DNA of 63,830 nucleotides, filler included, from Folioceros fuciformis (Eukaryota): the NCBI GenBank assembly GCA_049999805.1. It is 15 parts of 15 records of this genome, joined end to end, with 100 filler letters (N's around TTAATTAATTAA, not from the genome) between each part and the next. Parts side by side here need not be neighbours in the genome. Positions count along the whole stretch, not along the records: positions 45,559 to 49,684 come from JBNGIO010000238.1; positions 49,785 to 51,174 come from JBNGIO010000239.1; positions 51,275 to 60,034 come from JBNGIO010000241.1; 12 more parts are not named here. One strand, written 5' to 3'. Under the pieces are notes generated by a model. It searched no databases and was not told the DNA's origin. It worked only from the letters and a program-made list of their open reading frames with translations. A program made the position numbers and the translations under genes. Position 1 is the stretch's first letter; every line of letters begins with the position of its first letter. Shown piece after piece: positions 45,559 through 58,835 of the stretch.

Positions 45559-48500
45559 CTGACATACCCAGATACCCGTTCCTATGTTCAAACCATTATT
45601 ATATTGTTATATTATTTTAATATTATTATATTATTATTTAATCATTTAATATTATATATCTTTAATTAATATTAAACTAATCACCCAACCCTATGGCCCG
45701 GTACCGAACCTAATCCTTCCCAGCTCTGGGACCAAACCTATACCCACTCTTATAACCAAACCCACTATTTCCTGGTCAATTAACCCAATTAGCACAAAGA
45801 AAAATAGGAAAAATGACCAGAAAATCAAGGAAAATTAGGGAAAATAAGTTGAAAAAGAAAACCAAACCATACCACTATTAACCCTTTTTCAACCAAAACA
45901 AACTACTACCCCAAACTTTGGAGGTTCACACTACCCTTGGTTGCCCACCGGGCTACCTCTCGTGGGTCCCATTCTCTTTCTCTCTCTCCCTCTTAGTTCC
46001 CGCTCTCTAGGATTTTTTCTTCCACCGGGTCATCCCTACCCGACTGATTACCTCCCGCTCGCGCATCTTCTTTGGGGCTTCCCTTCCTTGGTTCACCACA
46101 AACTGTCTCACTCACCTCAGAAACAAGCGCACGCACACATGAACAACAACAATCTGTTAGACGCCTTCCACCCGCGTGATCTTCCACCTTAGATACGCCC
46201 CGGCGGTCTCCATTCAGTTTTTTTCACAGTCTCTTCAATCTCATCGCGACCAGTCACTCATACACACCACGTCTCGTGCACCCCACACACATTACACACC
46301 TCGCCTCCGGGGTCGCCCCGGCTTTGTTCTCTCTTACCTCGCCCCTACTCGGCCACTCGCTCCTCCTCCTTCTCACACACGCGCACGCCCGCGCTCTCCT
46401 TTCTCCGCGATGCCCCCTCCTGGGCTCCAATTAACGTTGAGGAATGGTGAGGCACCGGAGCTAAGGGAAGAGGAGTCCCTTCCACTCCGCACTCGCGGAT
46501 TCGGCTCCGACACCCAAACCACCCCATGTGACCACCTCGAGGATAGCTGGGGAGCTTCTCTCCCACTCGGCGAGGCTCCTCCTCCCGATTCGTCCCCGGA
46601 CCTGATCACGGAGCGCCCACCACCTACACCCGCACCCCTGGTTACTACGTGCGCTCGCTTGCCTGGACCTCCTGTCCAGCAACGGCCATCGCTAGGTCCC
46701 AGCAAGGTCGACTGTTTGGTTGGTGCTTGTTGATTCCTTAGGCCTCCAACCCGGCCTCTTGTACACGGTGATGGCAGTTTTTCCGCCATAAAGTCTGTCA
46801 GGCAGGGGAGCTGCGCTCTTAAATCCTGAGCGATTTAGGTCCAAATAAAGCACTCTAAAAAAATCCTATTCTAGCCTGCATTTACTGTCGCCGTTTTCCA
46901 CGCCGCTGGCGGCTTCTTCCTGGCCTTCGTGTGTCACCCCTTGCTGTTCCTCATCTCGCTCTTATGCCCCTCCGTTGGTCCGGCAGATCCTCCCAGAGGA
47001 TCTCCACATCACTGCTGCTGTTGCTGGACCTGGCTGGCGGCGTAGGTGGGTCCCACTGCTGTGGTCCACCACCCCTCCTCCTTCTCTGGTTGCTGAGGAA
47101 AGCCACAAGCCCCCGTTCTACCCAGCGCTGGGCCTCCTCTTCTATCAGCTCCTCCAGAACTGCCTCCGCATAACACAGGGGCAGTCCTGTCACCCACCAT
47201 TTGTAGTGGTAGAGTCCCAGGCGTGTCCTCAGCTGTAGGACGTAGCCCCGCGTCCCTCCTGTGCCCATACGTACATACAGAAACAGCTTCAGAACTTTGG
47301 CCCCTTCTACATACAGGCCTGGCACATAGGAGGCCTCCTCCTCATACTGCAGCACAATCCGACCTTCTGTCATAACAGAGGTGCTTACCCCGTCCTCCCT
47401 TGGGCTACCTCGGGTTGCCTGCTCCCCCTCTTGCTGGGGTACCTGAAGGTTCTCTGCCTGCTCAGCTGTTGCCTCCTCCGGCTCTATCCTCCTGGTACGG
47501 GTCACCCTCCTGGAGCGCCTAGGGGCAGGTGCCCCTATTGCTTCCTCCTTCGTTTCCAGGGTTGGTTCTTCCGCTATCCTGGGCCTTGCTGGGCCACTAA
47601 TAGCCCCGTCGGCTACCCGACTACCGGTAGTCCCTTCAACTACCGCTCCCCTGGTTCGGCTACCGGTAGCCCCTTCTGCTAGCGGGGGCACCAACTGACT
47701 CGGTCGCCCAGCCTTGCTCTTCCCCTTCACTCTCTCTCTGGCCTCATCCCGCTCCCTCTTGTATCTGTCAGCCAACTTCTGAGCTTGCTCCACAGCGGCT
47801 ATCTCCATCTCCTGTGCCCTAGCCATTCCCTGTTGCATTTCCAGGTTAGTCTCGTGAGCCTCCCTCCCCTGAGCTAGCAGGGTCCCCTGTTGCTCTTTCA
47901 GCGCCTGCACTTCAGCCCTCGCCTCGCGCGCCTCTTCCTCAGCTTGAGCCTTCTCCCTGTCCAGGACCCGCTGCTTCTCCTCCAACAGTTGCCGCGCCAT
48001 CTTCGACTCTGCCAGTTGCTCCCTTGCTTCAGCCTCTCGCTCACGAGCCTTCTCCTCCTTTCCCCAAGCCTCGGCCTCTTGCTCCGCTTGTACACTTAAC
48101 CAGGTCAGGGCCCTAGCAGCCTGATCTAGGAGGTCTGCTTGGGCCTGTACCATCGCAGCAGTCAGCCCGGGTAGGTCCACCTCCTGCACCCCTCCGGTGC
48201 CCATTCCTCTCGCCGTGATTTGTCTGCCCAAGAATTCTCGCAACTTGTCCAGGTCCCCCACCTGCAACCTGTCTCTCTGAGACCTGCACCTGAAAATGTC
48301 CTTCCACCTTGAGGAACCCTCCTATGCTGAAGCGTGCCCTAACTTATCCTCCTGTCTTGAGGAAACTGTGTCGGCTGCCATCACCTGATCCGGTGGCTCC
48401 TCGGGTCTTGTCCCACCCTGACCTTGCTCCTCCAACCTTCAGTTCTTGATTCCCTGCACTGTTGGTTCTCGTTCTGCCTCCTACTGACCTGTCTGCTCCA

Positions 48501-49684
48501 GGGCTGTTCCCCCTTCCTCCTGATCAGCCCCCATGCTCACACTTTGTCCTCTGATCCTTTTCCTCCTGGCAGGAGCCTTCTTTTGTGGGGCCACCCTCTT
48601 CCTGGGCTTGACTGGGGTTTCCTCCTGCGAGCTATTCCCACTGTCAACTTCCCAACGCTGGAGGCAGCCCTTGCTGGCTCAGCAGGCTTCCACTTCACAT
48701 CACGAACTGGCTTCCACAGGTGCAGCGAGGCTAGCCTTTCTAGCTCAGTGACCAGGTTAGCGTGACTGTACCCGTGGATTAGAAACGGGGAAATCATAAA
48801 AGGTTCAAGGATGGGTTGGATCAGATTCTACCTCTCCTCATCCATCCGGGTGTATAAAATCCTTCCCCAGTCGATCCTGGTGCCCTTCACTACTTCATGC
48901 ACAAACATGAGCATCTGATCGGACAGATAATCCTGTTTGCGTACCCGGAAGAAGCTCAGGAACCACCTGGCCAATCCCAACAGCTAGGGACTTGCCATGG
49001 CGCGCACCAGCCACCCGTTTGCTTCCTTTCTCGTGCCTGCTTTGAGCAGTGTTTCCTCCGCTCCCGTTCCGCCACGCCTTTTCAGGGACTCCAGCACCAG
49101 TCCCTCTTCCTCCTGTTGGTCGCGCCCGTAGACCCTCCTGATCAACTCCAAGTTCCATTCCTGGGGTTTGCCTCTGATCCCCTCCTCGCGTACAGGCTCT
49201 ATCAGCCTCAGGGCGCACTCCCTGACTAGCTGGGGTGCTGCATGGTTCCACTTCTGGGTCATAAAAGTCAGACCTAGCTCTGCCACCAATTTTCCTGCCC
49301 TGACCCTCCAGTGCTCCATATTGGGCCACTGAAGCAGGTCGATTTGGGGGACAGGAGGTCCCCCCTTCTGTTCAGAGGTTGCTGCTCTAGGAATCAGTTC
49401 AGGCTGCGACCTCATCCTGCCTGTCCCCCTCCCCTCACGCTCGGGGCTCGGAACTCTTCTGTCCTGGTCGCGCTCTGGCTCTTCCTCTGTTTGCCCTGCT
49501 CTCTCCACCGCTCGCGCCTTGGAGGTCTTCCACTCCCCTATGCCTGCTCAACCCTTACGCCCTGCACCGTCTGTCCCGTCGTCCTGGCGCTTTCTCCTTC
49601 CTCAGCCGCTTCACGCTTCAAGTTACTCCCACTCCCTGCGCTTCCGGATGCTGGACAAAGCTCCCCCTTCTCTAGGGTTTTTAT
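45559..49684 (-). mobile_element. 3' part of a large gypsy-type LTR element: accessory ORF, PPT-like AAGGGTAG, 3' LTR (45559-45930)
   Basis: LTR shared with 29150-29506; purine tract adjoins TG on minus. No pol in this contig, so the superfamily is inferred. Confidence 0.65.
46951..49508 (-). pseudogene. Large retrotransposon accessory ORF, disrupted: globular N-terminal domain plus long coiled coil
   Basis: ORFs 48984-49508 and 48537-48797 share a frame across stops (...GTRIDWGRILY...); after a frameshift comes the 438-aa E/A/R/Q-rich ORF 46951-48267. Confidence 0.6.
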
Positions 49685-50650
49685 NNNNNNNNNNNNNNNN
49701 NNNNNNNNNNNNNNNNNNNNNNNNNNNNTTAATTAATTAANNNNNNNNNNNNNNNNNNNNNNNNNNNNNNNNNNNNNNNNNNNNCTCTACCTGCTAATAC
49801 GTTTATAAGACATAAACCCTAACGGAATGGAACGGGGTTTATCCTAACAAGAAAGAAGAATTTTATTAGAGGTCACTAAGGATGGACCAACTAAATACCA
49901 ATCCAAGTGCAAGATGCTTAATTCCATAGTTCTAATAAATGTGTGTCCATTTGTCTTAAGCCAAGAGCCTAAACTCTAAGGCTAAGACTTATGACCACTT
50001 TTTGTCATGTGAATCCTAATGGACTACAATTTCTACTCTTTTGGTCCATACCAATCTTAAAAGCAACTATTTTATAAAACACGGAACTTAAAGCCTAACT
50101 TTTTTAAAAGAACTAGAAAGGAATTGAACAAGTTTTTTGGGGTTTTGGATATGTAAGGAACTTGTTCGCAAAATCTTTCTTACTTCTTGAGGTATGCAAC
50201 AGATTAGGCACACCCACTTTTTGGGATCAAACAACAGCAAAGTCAAAGTAAATTGGAGAGAACTGCAGAGGTGAAAGAGAATTGCTAGTGAGTACTTGTA
50301 TGGATTATATTTGATATTTTTAAATAGAAAAAAACAGAAATAATATTGTAGCAACGTTGATCTTTGTAAATGCCATCTCTCTTTAAAAGAAAACAAGGTC
50401 GGAAACCCATTTACCCTAGAAGAGGCGAGACAAACCACCAATGGTGACCGGGCTACTTGGAGCTAGCCCTCAAAGACAACATGCTTGTAGACTAAGATCC
50501 ATGCAAGGTCCATTATGACCATATTTACAACGGAAACATGTTCTCCCTAGATGAGGAAAGAACAAACATGAAAGAAATGCCGTCGAATAGAGTGTATGGG
50601 CACTCCTTGAAGGGAAGAGAACCAGCCTCTTTAGCCAATGAAAACATTCC

Positions 50651-51174
50651 TGTGGACTCCACATTCTAAATAGGTCCTTGGAAAATGGTAGGATTTCTCT
50701 TTTTGGGAATCTCTAAGTGAACCCTGTGGTGAAATAGTTAAAAGATTAGGAAAGATTAGTAGCTAGATTAATGGTGAGGTGAGATGTGTCTTTGAAGGGT
50801 TGCTGGAATGATCTGAGAGAAGGGATGGAATGATTTGAGAGAGGAGGGAGAGGGTTGAGAGGCACTGACCATTTTGGTAGTCTTGAGAGGTTGGTCAATT
50901 TTGGTAAGGGCACCCAGTGGTGTCCATGGGACACGACCCCTTTCAGGTCAGAACTAGGTTTGGGTCAAAGTTAGGGTTAGGTCAAAGTTAGGTTTAGGTC
51001 AGAATTAGGGCCGGCTTAGGTCAAAGAGAGATTGCTGGGTGGTTGACTGAGGCTAACCCTAATAGATAGAGATGGAGGTTTGGGCCAAGGTAGTATAAGA
51101 GGCTAGACCTGCCATTGAGGAGGGGGTTGTCTACAGTGCGATTTCCCTGGACCTTGGGTGCAGAACTCCTGGCT
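50651..51174 (+). repeat. LTR (starts TGTGGACTCCACA), reverse-complement copy of 62603-63126
   Basis: About 520 bp of high identity; similarity ends at TG/CA. Confidence 0.85.
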
Positions 51175-52368
51175 NNNNNNNNNNNNNNNNNNNNNNNNNN
51201 NNNNNNNNNNNNNNNNNNTTAATTAATTAANNNNNNNNNNNNNNNNNNNNNNNNNNNNNNNNNNNNNNNNNNNNCTCCTAGTACCCCCCCCTCTCCACCA
51301 AAGGCCAAGAACATCCAACCACCTCCAGACACTTGGTCTAGCCACTGATTCGTCCAAAGTACCATGGTCCAAGGAGACTTTGGGTATAAATACCCAAGTC
51401 TTATTCACAAATTAAGCCGTTTCACTCGCACTTCCACAAAAAAAATCAAAATCCACACAAACTTTCACTCAAAAAGGGGATCGCAAATAATTTTTTCCTC
51501 TACAGGTCCACACTTACCCTCTATTCATTTTAGCCATGGGATTTGCTCCCAAGGGAATGATTTGTGCCAAGTAACACAAGCTTTTACTACTACCCGCTCT
51601 TGACTAAGTTGAATCCACTTCTTACTACCATTACTATGTACTCATTCAGCTACTATCGTCCCAGGAGGTCCAACTTCCTCGGACCCTGTTCGATGACCTT
51701 GGTCCCTACTTCGCGACTGAAGTTTAGGACTCCTCTACCAGTAGTGACCCCCCCCAACAACCGTGGTGGGTCCCACCCAAAGCCCTAACTAACAGGTTCC
51801 GGCACCTGTGCCGCCACGGGTTTCTACCCCGGGCGATGGTTCCTAGCTTCCAAACTCACCAATCTAATCTTATCAGTCGCGATTCACGCATGCGGTGACC
51901 AGCTTCAGGCCAACTGGTCGCCATAGGTCAACCACACTTTCTCGCAGTCGCGAGTATTAACCACCCACGCACGCACACGCACACAGCTTTGTTACACAGT
52001 CGTTTACCGGTTTCGGATTCAATCACTCCCACTTCCCCCAAGCGACAATAACAAACTCTCCACACTCTCTCAGCCTGCTTCACACCATCGTCCCTCACCC
52101 TTACAATCTCCAGTGAATCAACCAACTTGACTCGCTTATGGAACCTTCAACCACTCAGTACCCCACAACTCATGCAATTCTTTGCTTAGTTCAGTTAGCT
52201 CCTTGACTCCGTTCCAAATCACCTGCCACACGCCGCGCCACGTGCAGCATCAACCACACTTTTCTTTCTTCCTCCTTCTCCTCTCGACTTCTTCACTCAC
52301 TCAACTCACTCGTCTCATTTACTCTCTCACTCAACCTTTAGGTGGGTTTTGGAACGCAGCAATCAGCT

Positions 52369-52710
52369 AGGGGAATAGGGAAGGAGAATTCCTTCCGTGC
52401 TGTGGTTCTCACCAATTCGTCCCCCTCACCCCCCGCCATAGAACAATGTGCCAAACTCCTTCTAGGAGCTTCTCGTGCATGCTACCCTCCTCGGCAGTGC
52501 GGGGATCTCAACCGGAAGACAAGCCTGCACACACAAACTCAAATTCCGAGCACAACAGATGACTTGGGGAATAGGGAAGGAGAAATCCCTCCGTGCTGTG
52601 GTTCTTCGCGGATTCATCCCCCTCACCACCGGCCGTGGAGCAATGCTCATAACTCTCCTTAGGAGCTTCTCGCGCACGCTACCCTCCTCGGTAGCGTGGG
52701 GATCTTGACC
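52369..52710. repeat. Imperfect direct duplication with a ~197-bp period
   Basis: GGGGAATAGGGAAGGAGAA...CCGTGCTGTGGTTCT and TAGGAGCTTCTCG...CTACCCTCCTCGG each occur twice. Confidence 0.8.
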
Positions 52711-53173
52711 CAGGAGTGTCTCCAACATTGGCTGATTAGAGAGACCCAACAGGCCTCTTTGTACAACGCATCCAGAGTGGGGGTCATAGCCCGCCATTAA
52801 GTCTAGTCTAAACAGTCAAGTGCTCTTAATTGCGAGTGGCATCAAGTCCAAAAAAGCATCTTCACCAAATCTTAGCTAAACACTATTTTAAGATGCAATA
52901 AATTCTAGCCTATCTTAACATCGCGCTTACCTCCTATCCGGCCTTCGCGTTCTCCTTCCTTGGCTGCCAAATCCCTGGGCTCTCCTCCCTCTCTGCTGGT
53001 CACGCAAGTCCTCCCATAAAACCTCCACCTCACTCTCACTACCGCCTGACTTCTCCTATTTAGGTAGGAGTGGGGTCCACCGGGGAGTCCTCCCTCTTCC
53101 TTCCGGTCATCTGTTGCTGAGGACCATTACAGATTCTTGCTCCACCCAAGCATGTGCTTCCTCTTTGGTGAGT

Positions 53174-55880
53174 TGTTCCAAGTGAAAATTGCGGAGAGCA
53201 GTTTGGCTCAATTAAACTTTTTTATTATGGAAAAGACAAAAATGAGTTGTTTTTGAAAATGTCTATAAGTGTTACTTATATACTAAACCCAAATGACGTT
53301 TCATCTTGGGCCTATCACCTAAACCCTAATGTCACTTAGACTATGTGTTGGCTTTACTTCCAACACTCCCTCTCAAGCAACACTAGGTCTAAGGTAATCA
53401 CATAAGACAGTCGGGGAGGAGTCTCTTGCAGACCATCGTGACGGAACAACAACAAAAAGGTCTTTAGTCTTCGACAAGATCGCGATTACTCTTAAACCCT
53501 AGCGCTTCGAAAAAAACTAACTTTCTTCGTTACGCTGGACTTAGTGGCCGCCGCCAAAGCTCTCGATTTCCTTGTCGCCACCATAACCAGTTGTCGCACC
53601 AGCTGCCGCTTGGACAAGATGCAGATGCGTAGCAGGAAGATCCTTACTGAGCCACCGAGGTTTGAGAGGCGCAGAAGGCAGACAAGGATTGAAGAGGAAG
53701 TCCAGAGTTTGCTGAATTGGGTGAGCTGCGGATCACAAGAGGAGGTCATACGACTCGTAAACAATTTCCTAGGACTTCCTGGGCCTCTCCTAGGGATAGC
53801 TCAGGCCCCAGCATTTCAAGGACCTAAACCCCAGTAGACCGACTTCCGCTTCTCAGATATGGCTTTGCCCACTCTACTCGCCCAGCTCTGATTGACGATA
53901 GACAGGATCAAGGAGCTTGAAGATATGATTACGGATGAAAGGAGACCATTCCCCAGAGGAGATTAGATACTAAGGTAAGCTTCATCCTTCTTGCAGCATA
54001 GTGTTTGCTCTCTCTGTCTCCTCAAGTACTAGTTCGCAGCAACTAATCCGGCGGTGTGTATGTGGGGCTTGTGCAGTTATCCTATGTCTACAGAGGAAAC
54101 ACAGGCACAACTCATCAACACCTAGGGAACCTTTAGGTTCCCGCCCCACCTCCCACAGATAAGTCACTAGCTGTCTAAGTATCTTGAGTAATCATCCAGG
54201 CATAAGCCTAACATGTAGTGTTTATGCTTCACCAAGCCCTTGGTTAACACGTCTGCAACATTGTCCTCTATGTTTATGTATCCAACCTTCACAGCTCCTC
54301 GCTCAACAGCATCTCTTATATAGTGATGCTGTATTTCGATGTGTTTAGTACGAGCATGGAACCTAGGGTTTGCGATGAGGGCAAGTGCAGACATGTTATC
54401 ACACAGTATCGAGGTAGGTGCCTACTGAGTTTGCCCCAAGTCATGTAAGAAAGTCCTTTCCCATTCTGCCTCCTTCGAGGCATCTGTCAGAGACATATAC
54501 TCTACTTCTTTTGATGACAGGGCAATGGACGCCTGCTTTTTACATGACCAGTTTACAGTTGCGGATGTGAGCAGAAAACAATATGTCGAGAGGCTTTTTC
54601 TAGAGTCACTGTCAGATGCCCAGTCAGCGTCTATAAAACCATAAAGTGTAAGTCTCTCCTGCCCAGTCCTTCTGTAAAATAGGCCATATGTATGGGTACC
54701 CTTCAAGTACCGTAATATCCTTCTAATTTCGCTCCAGTGTGCCCTTCCAGGCCTTTCCAGGAACTGAGACACAGTGCTCACGGAGTACTGGATATCAGGC
54801 CTAGTCCAGTTTGCTACAAAGATCAGGCTCCCTATAGTGTGCCTGTAAGGTACATCACGCATGTCCTGAACCTCTTCTTGAGTTTGTGGACACTGTAAGC
54901 TGGCAAGCTTAGCTCCTATAGAGTAAGGAGTAGTAGCAGGCCTAGCCTCATCAAGCTTAAATTTTCGCAAAATGTCATTGATGTACTTGTATTGGTGCAC
55001 TATAATCAAGCCTTCCCCTTGTACCCTTAGGATCTGTACCCCAAGGCAGTACTTGAGCTCACCAATATCTTTCATCTTGAATTTGGTGCTCAGCATAAGT
55101 TTGACTTCAACTAACAGTAGTTGACTGTTTGTGGCGAGGATTACGTTGTCCACATACAGTGCCAACACCACGAAGTCATCACCTTTGCTCAGCCTGTATA
55201 CATTTGAGTTGGCAATGCTCTGGACGAAGGAAATACTGATAAGGTAAATGTGCATGGTTATATACCAAACCCTGCCACTGTTTCAAGCCATAGATGCATT
55301 TAAGCAGCTTTAGGACTTTGGTAGGGTTGCCAGGATCCTCATATCCCTCTGGTTGTGCCATGTACAGGTCTTCATCGAGAGCACCATAAAGGAATGCAAT
55401 GCACATGTCCATTTGTTGCAAGTCCAAATTCAGATCGGCTGCTAGGGCAAGGATTATGCGGATGGACTGTGAGCGAACTACAGGGGAGAATGTCTCCTAG
55501 TAGTCCAAGCCTTCAACTTGGGTAAACCCCCTAGCTACAAGCCTTGCTTTGTAACGTGCGATGTCCCCTTGGGCATTAAGTTTCAATTTGAAACTCACTT
55601 GCAGGAAATGGGTTTTTGTCTAGGGGGCAGATCGACAAGTTTCCAGGTTTTTTTCTTGAGCAAGGACTGGTATTCGTCCTCCATTATGAGCTGCCACTTG
55701 GAAGCATCAGGCCTGGCCATAGCCTGTTTGTAGGAGTTGGGTTCCTCAGCAGGAAGAATGGATATGGTAGCACCATATATTGCTGAAGAAGACCAAAAGT
55801 CCACAAACTGATATCAGGGCTCTAGCCACTGATCAGGAGTAGGCTGGGTATGGGTAGAACGACGAGGGCCACGTGCATCA
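53174..55880 (-). mobile_element. Degenerate Ty1/copia 3' portion (Copia-E) with 3' LTR 53174-53365
   Basis: RT/RH pieces 54167-55804 with stops and frameshifts; PPT GAGAGGGAG 53366-53374; LTR ends TGTTGGAAG...CTTGGAACA. Confidence 0.88.
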
Positions 55881-57899
55881 GGTGCTACAAAGTCCTCATA
55901 GGTAATCTCAGCACCACCATCGGAAGAGTCCCAACTCCATCTCTTATGCGGCCACAATGGTGGCCATAACCTCCGCCCATCCCCCTTGGCTGCCCACCTT
56001 TAGGTCCATGCATCTGTAGAGCAAGCTGGACACCACAACCATCGCCTCCCCGGGTGCTAAACTCACTGCCCCTACCCAACGATCCTTCTTTTTCCTTGAA
56101 GGACCACCAACATGTTCCCAGGAAACCCCGGCTCGCCTTCACATGCACAAACCTAGGGTTCCACGCACATCAGTACACCCGACCCACAAGAAGAACCCAA
56201 CCCCATTCCTTTTGGTTCTCCATAGGTTAGCGGATTGGCTGTTCACCTTTCAAACACAACCACTACCCAGACCCTAATTGACATACCTAGCCCGATTTCC
56301 TAACTACTTCCCCAGAGAATTCAACCAAAACTCAAAAAAAAAAAAACAAACACTACTAGTTTTTTCAGGGGATCCAGTCACCATGTGGACTCCACACCTC
56401 CCGGAGGCAAGGTGGTGGCTGGAATACTGGACTCTCCAAAGAATGGTGGTGGATGCAATCCAACAATTGGATGACAGCCACGCCTTCTTCCACAGCAAGG
56501 TACTGCGGGTTTTGACTGAAACTAGAGAGTACGCAGCCGTTGTGACGACACCGGACCCGCCCTCCGATGAACGGACTGCCCCAAGTAGTCCAACATCTCA
56601 AGCCCCTGGTCCATCTTTTCTGGACCCCAACCTAATGGTTCTGGTCCGTTCTCCCCAAACGGGCTCCGCTGACTTGCCCATTTTAATTGGTGGAGCAAAA
56701 TCTCCTCTAGGCCCCACTTTTCGCATAGGATCCGTGGACGCATCACCTTTGCCGGACCCACCCCGCCTACTCTGCCGCCTTCCCATTAAGGCTCATTATC
56801 AAGATCTAGCTCGCTCCTATTAGCACCAAGGCACCAAGTCCCTAGAATAGGACTTACTCTTTTTTTGGCATTCATGAACATTGTCCCGATTAGAGGTCCG
56901 GTCGTGTATAAATGTTTGACAGTTCAAACAGAGAGGGCCTCGAGGTTCCATTGCTCCAGTTGTCGTGCTGCCACTCCTTCCTTCTCGCCCGACTCCCTTA
57001 TGTCCTTGCTTCTACTACTCGCAAGGGTTCGAGTACACTTGATGACCTCCATGCTAAGATGACCTTGAGACGGACCCTGCAGGGCATTCCGTAGTGTCTC
57101 CAGGGGCCCTGGGTTCTCACCCTGAAGACCTTTAAGGACCACAGTGTTCGAGGAGCGAATCCATCAACGCTCAGCTGCATCGACTCATTAGGCGGTTCCG
57201 TGGTGAGTGACTCGGCTCCCCACGACAACGTGTCGCCATTAGTCAGTAGGCTCACCCCTTTCTGCTACGTTCCGCGTCCACACTCCATTCTGCTCGCACC
57301 ACTCCATTCCGACGCACCTCTCCCATTCCGTGCGCTCCCCACATTCTCCACCTCCATTAACATTCTACCTTTCTCCACCCGTGCTCTGCTCAACGTTGCC
57401 CTCCCTGTGGGGGATCCCATACGGGCCTTACGGTGAGAACCGGACTAGTGCCAACGCGTCCGTCTAAGTGTGCCTCTACATAAGCACTGGTTGCATTGCC
57501 AATCTTTGTCAAACCCCTGCAATTCCGCACTTGTTTAGTAAAGCTTGTAGTAGTTGTTGAATGTCTATGTGGACAACCATAGCTTTAGGCCCATGTTGGC
57601 AGCAGCAATATGCTGCGGCCTGCCTACCACCTCTCACCCAAAAATTGTCCACCCATGTTTCATGTAGCTCGGCTGCCCTTAGGCTAATTGGTTTCTAAAC
57701 CCGAATGGTTGCATTTTGAACCCCAATGGTGCATTATCATTCCGAGTGTCGTTGAAAGGAAGTTGAGAATTTTGGTACCTCATCCAAATCAAGCAGGTCC
57801 TCCACATCTTCTGATCCTGCATACTTGCTGACTGCCATCTTCCCTCTACATGGCTATGTCATTTCCATCAATGGACCACCTTGTTGCAAAGGTTGGTTT

Positions 57900-58835
57900 T
57901 TGCACATCACCATATTCCTAATAAAGCACCCATCTTTATTGAACTGGACATGCTAATTCTATTTAGTCATCTATCCAACAGATAACAATTTTCCGCAATA
58001 GTTGGAAGATGTAACACATCTTGAAAACGTTTCTTCTAACGATGTGGCATCATAAGAGGAACAATTCCTCTATGCTTTTTGTCATGTTGTGTACCATCTA
58101 CTGTGCACACGTGAATGTGGGGACCTGCATTCATTTCGTCAAACCACTCACCATGTGGAGCCATGTGATTAGATGCTCCTGAATCAATACATCATCTCTC
58201 ATCATTTTGCTTGTCAGGTACAAGTTTTGATAGACATATAGCAAAAACCTATCCTCTTGATCATTTTGAGTACCACAAGAAGATGTAAATTCCCATGTTG
58301 CCTCTCTAGTCCTGTAGAGTCTAGTTGTTTCTTATAACAGTCTTTCATTGTATGCCCAAATTTGCTACAATAATAGAATTCTTTATCCTTATTAGACTTA
58401 GACTAGTCATGTGATTACCAAAAACCACCTTTTCTTCTTGTGGTTCTCCACCTACCTCTGAGGTTTCCAACACCTCTCTAGGCTTGCATGTTTGCATCAC
58501 ACCAATTGCTTTATTGGTTCTATTCATAAGTGCTCCAAGTATTACCTCTACCTTGAAACAAACCACAACCTTGGTTGCCTTTATCACGTTGGTTAGAGAA
58601 TAAAACAATGTCTCTACCTTGAGACACGATAGAACCAGAGTTCAAACCAAGATTTAACTTCCTCATGTAGCAACAATGCTAGTAATTCATCCCAACTTGG
58701 AGGTTCATCTCTCATAGAAATTGACATATCAAAGAACCTATATTCTTTACCAAGTCTAGTCAATGTCACAACAATTATTTCATCCTTCGTCACTTCTGAA
58801 TCTATAGTATCAAGTTGAATTGCTAAGCCAAGCAA
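57900..58835 (-). pseudogene. Old degenerate copia gag-protease remnant
   Basis: TLTRLGKEYRFFDMSISMRDEPPSWDELLALLLHEE (gag) and CIDSGASNHM (protease, about 58160-58192). Confidence 0.75.

Noticed and set aside
56278-56823. 181-aa ORF in nested repeat region
   Set aside because: Low-complexity, no motif, and element boundaries cannot be defined.
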